The position numbers and the translations under genes were made by a program. Below the pieces are notes generated by a model, which did not search any database, had not been told where the DNA came from, and saw only the letters and a program-made list of their open reading frames with translations. 35,957 nucleotides of DNA from a virus (lineage: Duplodnaviria; Caudoviricetes), in the IMG/VR virus record IMGVR_UViG_3300020043_002360, positions 1 through 35,957 of that record, one strand, 5' to 3'. Every line of letters starts with the position of its first letter. Positions within the stretch are counted from its first letter, which is position 1. Positions 32,446-35,957 of this stretch are shown here, one piece after another.

Positions 32446-33760
32446 CTTCTTGTACGAGCACGACCGCGCCATGGTGCTGGCGCCAGTGGGTGCTGGCAAG
32501 ACCGCCATCACGCTCACGGCCATGGACGCCATGATCAAAGATGGCCACGTCAAGCGCTGGTTGGTTGTTGCGCCCAAGCGCGTCTGTACCGACGTGTGGC
32601 CCGTCGAAGCTGCCAAGTGGAGCAAGAACCTGAAATTGGCCATTGCAGTGGGCACGCCCAAGCAGCGCAACGATGCGTTCAACAGCGACGCCAACGTGAT
32701 TGTGATTAACTACGACAACTTGCAATGGCTGGCCGGTGTTTGTGATGTCACCGGCGACGGCCTGCCGGTGGACGGCTTGGTGTTTGACGAGCTCACCAAG
32801 CTCAAGAACCCATCAGGCGCGCGCTTCAAAGCGTTCGACAAGATCATCAAAGAGGTGCCCATTCGCTGGGGTTTGACCGGCAGCTTTACCAGCAACGGCT
32901 TGGAGGACGTCTTTGGCCAGTGCAAAATCATTGACCTGAGCCTGCTGGGCCGCTCTAAAGGCGCGTTCATGCAGCAGTATTTTGTGCTGATCAACAAAGA
33001 GTTTGGTGAGTGGGCGCCGCGGGTTGGTTCGCTGGCCAAGGTCATGGACAAGATCAAGCCGGCGACGTTTGTGTTGGAGCCAGGCGAGTACAAGGACAAG
33101 CTGCCCCCGCTGCACGTCGTCGAGGTGCGCTGCGACCTGAGCGACCGCAAGCCCTACGAAAAGATGAAGGCCGACTTTGTGGTGGAGTTCCCTGACGCCA
33201 AGGCCATCGCGGCCAACGGGGGTGTGGTGACCGGCAAGCTGCAACAAATGGCCAGTGGGTTCGTGTACGACACGCGCAAGACGGCCTCCGAAACGCCCGG
33301 CAAGTTTGACTCTACTACAACTGCAATCTGGTTTAGCCCGCACAAATTTGATCGCTTGGAGGAGTTGCTAGATGAAAACCAGCACGCAAATACCATTGTT
33401 GTTTACCAGTACCAAGAGGAGCTTGCCGAACTCAAGCGCCGGTTCAACCCCACGACTCTTGACGACGACCGAGCCATTGAGCGATGGAATGCTGGACAAG
33501 TCAGGCTACTGGCCGTCCATCCAAAGTCAGCCGGGCACGGGCTCAACCTACAGCACGGCGGGTGTCACATGGTGTTTCTGTCCCTGCCGTGGAGTCTGGA
33601 GTTGTACGAACAGACCATTGGTCGTTTGCACCGCTCAGGCCAAGCACACGCTGTGTGGTGCTACGTGATGATCACCAACAAAACGGTCGATGAGAAAATT
33701 TTTGCCGCCTTGCATGACAAGCGGGCGGTGTCGGATATTGCAATGGAGGAGTTGAAATGA
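32408..33760 (+). CDS. SNF2-family (SF2) helicase
   Basis: LRPYQ, VGAGKT, VFDEL, GLTGS, SAGHGLNLQ and QTIGRLHRSGQ. Confidence 0.95.
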   Translation: MVSLRPYQEQAADFLYEHDRAMVLAPVGAGKTAITLTAMDAMIKDGHVKRWLVVAPKRVCTDVWPVEAAKWSKNLKLAIAVGTPKQRNDAFNSDANVIVINYDNLQWLAGVCDVTGDGLPVDGLVFDELTKLKNPSGARFKAFDKIIKEVPIRWGLTGSFTSNGLEDVFGQCKIIDLSLLGRSKGAFMQQYFVLINKEFGEWAPRVGSLAKVMDKIKPATFVLEPGEYKDKLPPLHVVEVRCDLSDRKPYEKMKADFVVEFPDAKAIAANGGVVTGKLQQMASGFVYDTRKTASETPGKFDSTTTAIWFSPHKFDRLEELLDENQHANTIVVYQYQEELAELKRRFNPTTLDDDRAIERWNAGQVRLLAVHPKSAGHGLNLQHGGCHMVFLSLPWSLELYEQTIGRLHRSGQAHAVWCYVMITNKTVDEKIFAALHDKRAVSDIAMEELK

Positions 33761-34020
33761 AATTTGATTTGGAGTCGTGCAAAGCGTTGACCGACGAAGC
33801 GCGGGTACAGGCCATAGAAGCGGACGCCCGTGAGGCTGCCGAGTCACACAGAACTCGCGCAGGGGATTGGCGCGAGACGCCAACTGAAGGATTGCTTTGG
33901 GATGGCCCCACATGGACGGATCAAGCGCACAACAACGCAGAGCGCATCATCTGGGCGGCGGCATTTCAGAAAAGAAAAAGCAGACTAGACCGAATGTTAG
34001 ACAAGGAGTATTTTTTATGA
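33757..34020 (+). CDS. Hypothetical protein
   Basis: GGAGG RBS and ATGA overlap. Confidence 0.75.
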   Translation: MKFDLESCKALTDEARVQAIEADAREAAESHRTRAGDWRETPTEGLLWDGPTWTDQAHNNAERIIWAAAFQKRKSRLDRMLDKEYFL

Positions 34021-34184
34021 CCAGACTAGACCTGTGGAAAGCGCAACTCAAAGCGGCGCGATCCATACTGAAAATTCACCGCAAGGACGCCAACGCCGCT
34101 GCGCGTACGTTACAGCACACCATTGACTTGATAGATAAACTGGAGGCAAAAATTGGAAATCACTTGGCGAAAACTGAACGCTGA
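34017..34184 (+). CDS. Hypothetical coiled-coil protein
   Basis: AAGGAG RBS before MTRLDLWK. Confidence 0.75.
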   Translation: MTRLDLWKAQLKAARSILKIHRKDANAAARTLQHTIDLIDKLEAKIGNHLAKTER

Positions 34185-34344
34185 ACTCAAAACCCTGGAC
34201 GAAGCCAAGGTGCTTGAGATGCTGACCCATGAACGTGAGTCAGGCAAACGAGTGTCTGTGCTGGAGCGACTGCACCAGCGCTACACGGCCTTGCGGGCAT
34301 CCCGCGAGCGTATTGAAATACTACAGGAGGCAAGACGACCATGA
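34153..34344 (+). CDS. Hypothetical protein
   Basis: GGAGG RBS and TTG start. LERLHQRYTALRASRER. Confidence 0.75.
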   Translation: MEITWRKLNAELKTLDEAKVLEMLTHERESGKRVSVLERLHQRYTALRASRERIEILQEARRP

Positions 34345-34535
34345 GCAATTGGACACCCCCACCCGGCACCAAGATTGTGATGCCAAGCGTGTTAATCACG
34401 AACGCCAAGTTTGTGCCCACCCGAGGCTCAGACGTGCAAGCGACTTGGCGCAAGCAGGGTTGGACTGCACCCAGCGCGGGCTTGCCCCCGCCCCCGCCTG
34501 AGAAGGTGGTCGAACCATTGCGCCGAGTGAGGTGA
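34341..34535 (+). CDS. Hypothetical protein
   Basis: AGGAGG RBS. FVPT...DVQATWRKQGWTAPS. Confidence 0.75.
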   Translation: MSNWTPPPGTKIVMPSVLITNAKFVPTRGSDVQATWRKQGWTAPSAGLPPPPPEKVVEPLRRVR

Positions 34536-34538
34536 GCC

Positions 34539-34688
34539 ATGCCAGCATTTGACACATGGAGCCAAGAGAACCTGGCCAAGTTTGCTATGGAAGCCTACGC
34601 CAAGATGCAAGAGCAAGACGACCGCATTCAGCAGTTGCAAAACGATTTGAAAACCGCGATTAACGCATACCGGGAGATTTTGAAATGA
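34539..34688 (+). CDS. Hypothetical coiled-coil protein (49 aa)
   Basis: Hand-translated MPAFDTWSQENLAKFAMEAYAKMQEQDDRIQQLQNDLKTAINAYREILK. GAGGT RBS. Confidence 0.75.
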   Translation: MPAFDTWSQENLAKFAMEAYAKMQEQDDRIQQLQNDLKTAINAYREILK

Positions 34689-34954
34689 CACAAGAAGAAA
34701 TCATTGATATGGCACAAGAATGTGGATTGATTGGTATGCGTCCTCATCTTGATGGCATCTATTCTGAGGCACTTGTAGCCTTTGCCAAATTGGTGGCAGA
34801 GAAAGAGCGTGAGGCGTGTGTAAAAGAGTGCAAAAAGTTGTTAAAAGTTTTTTTGTCTTCTAAATATTCCACTGGGCAACCATTGTCAAGTTTTAAGGAG
34901 CGTCATGCTGTTGCGGCGTGTATAGAGTCAATTGAAGCAAGGGGACAAGCATGA
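34685..34954 (+). CDS. Hypothetical protein
   Basis: MTQEEIIDMA...FAKLVAEKEREAC...IEARGQA, typical of phage accessory genes. ATGA overlaps. Confidence 0.8.
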   Translation: MTQEEIIDMAQECGLIGMRPHLDGIYSEALVAFAKLVAEKEREACVKECKKLLKVFLSSKYSTGQPLSSFKERHAVAACIESIEARGQA

Positions 34955-35604
34955 CACCACAACAAATTGATGCCATGAAGCTGGCGCTTGAGGCGTTGAA
35001 AACATCTATGTATCCGCAACAAAAACAATTGCAAGCCATCGCCTCCCTTGAAGAAACCTTGGCAGAACACGCCATGCGTGAGACGCAGCGCCTTGGGCAA
35101 GAGATTGAGCAAGCGCCTGTAGCGAAATACAGCGACATCGTTTCTGATGGCGGCTTAGACCCACGCAATACCACCCCACCACAGCGCACAGAGCAATGCA
35201 ATTACCCCGATTGCAAGTGCCCAACAGAAAATCCGTGCTTAAAGGGGTTGGTACAGCCAGAGCAAGAGCCAAAGATTGGTTGTGTGAATCACGATTGTGA
35301 CCAATGCAAAGCACAGCCAGAGCAAGTTATCCAAAGTTATTCTGGAAAGCATAACTTAGAGCAAGAGCCTGTGGCGTGGATGGATAAATACGGCGAGATA
35401 TACAAGGATGTGCCAGAGGTGTTGTCAACTGATAAGCCCCTCTACACATCCCCACCACAGCGCCAGCCGCTGACAAAGGAGGAAATGTTTGAAGCAATCA
35501 GACCACTTTACAGCAGTGAAATGTCTGCGCGGATTGCTGTTGACTATAGCGAAGACGAGTACCGAGCCATTGAAGCCGCACACGGCATAAAGGAGAACAC
35601 ATGA
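34951..35604 (+). CDS. Mosaic hypothetical protein with QPEQEP linkers
   Basis: 217 aa with repeated EQEP(V)A segments, ending RAIEAAHGIKENT. Confidence 0.8.
   Translation: MTPQQIDAMKLALEALKTSMYPQQKQLQAIASLEETLAEHAMRETQRLGQEIEQAPVAKYSDIVSDGGLDPRNTTPPQRTEQCNYPDCKCPTENPCLKGLVQPEQEPKIGCVNHDCDQCKAQPEQVIQSYSGKHNLEQEPVAWMDKYGEIYKDVPEVLSTDKPLYTSPPQRQPLTKEEMFEAIRPLYSSEMSARIAVDYSEDEYRAIEAAHGIKENT
35589..35604 (+). repeat. 16-nt gene-boundary repeat (copy 2)
   Basis: AAAGGAGAACACATGA. Confidence 0.9.
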
Positions 35605-35795
35605 CTATCGTTATTCCCGGCTGGGCAATTGTTGTCGGCTTTTTTGCATTACTTACCGATAGTACAGAAGCACCTAAAGCACCAGTACAAGATATTCCTG
35701 TCCCCATAGAATTTTGGTTTTTGTTTTGGGGCGTTTTGGTCTTTGCTTTTTTGCTGGGGGGTTTAATAGATCATCTTTTAAAGGAGAACACATGA
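35601..35795 (+). CDS. Small membrane protein (2 hydrophobic segments)
   Basis: IVIPGWAIVVGFFALL and FWFLFWGVLVFAFLLGGLI. Ends KENT. Confidence 0.7.
   Translation: MTIVIPGWAIVVGFFALLTDSTEAPKAPVQDIPVPIEFWFLFWGVLVFAFLLGGLIDHLLKENT
35780..35795 (+). repeat. 16-nt gene-boundary repeat (copy 3)
   Basis: AAAGGAGAACACATGA. Confidence 0.9.
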
Positions 35796-35957
35796 CCCCG
35801 CTTGTGCAAAAAGCAGTCAGATTTGCGCCAGAACCCGAAACCGCACTTTGGTTTGATGTTGGTCAAATGCAAAGCACTCTTGAAATGAAAGTGCCAGCAG
35901 ATTTCTTAATGCACCTTCCATCCAAAAGAACGGGGATTGTTGGCCTTGATACAGCGG
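35792..35957 (+). CDS. Hypothetical protein (5' part, runs off the window)
   Basis: MTPLVQKAVRFAPEPETALWFDVGQM..., open to the window end. Confidence 0.7.
   Translation, partial: MTPLVQKAVRFAPEPETALWFDVGQMQSTLEMKVPADFLMHLPSKRTGIVGLDTA

Larger units (their letters stand above)
1..35957. mobile_element. Near-complete dsDNA tailed phage genome (P22-like podovirus structural module with PolA/primase-helicase replication module)
   Basis: Terminase, portal, coat, tail, ejection, lysis and replication genes fill the window. No bacterial housekeeping genes. Both ends lie in the same type of small-gene accessory region. Confidence 0.97.

Noticed and set aside
1-35957. Direct circular closure of the window ends
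   Set aside because: No terminal overlap is visible, and joining the ends puts the two partial ORFs out of frame, so some sequence is missing.

Overview
The window is a near-complete (~36 kb, ends do not join) genome of a tailed dsDNA bacteriophage with P22-like podovirus morphogenesis genes. No host genes, integrase, repressor, tRNA or CRISPR array are visible. There are four transcription blocks. (i) A ~22 kb minus-strand late operon (22879->536): small and large terminase, four tiny basic proteins, portal, a Dps/ferritin-like protein, a receptor-binding cassette (fibre, XkdW-like protein, beta-helix tailspike) placed between portal and scaffold, scaffold, P22-type coat, two probable decoration proteins, gp4/gp10-like tail proteins, a cupin, three ejection proteins and a lysis cluster ending in a holin and a GH24 lysozyme. 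(ii) A repeat-rich non-coding control/origin region (~22890-23500) followed by a plus-strand early cluster, including a radical-SAM-like Cys-motif protein. (iii) A minus-strand replication operon (32088->25955): Cas4-like nuclease, putative SSB, family A DNA polymerase and primase-helicase. (iv) A plus-strand block (32158->end, apparently continuing at 1-546): VRR-NUC, SNF2 helicase and small accessory genes joined by an identical 16-nt boundary sequence. All product calls come from motif recognition and synteny, not database searches. The best leads are the early Fe-S/Cys-motif genes, the DnaA-box-like inverted 9-mer origin, the Dps-like and basic-peptide genes flanking the portal, the gene-boundary repeats and a lysis cluster with no recognisable spanin.
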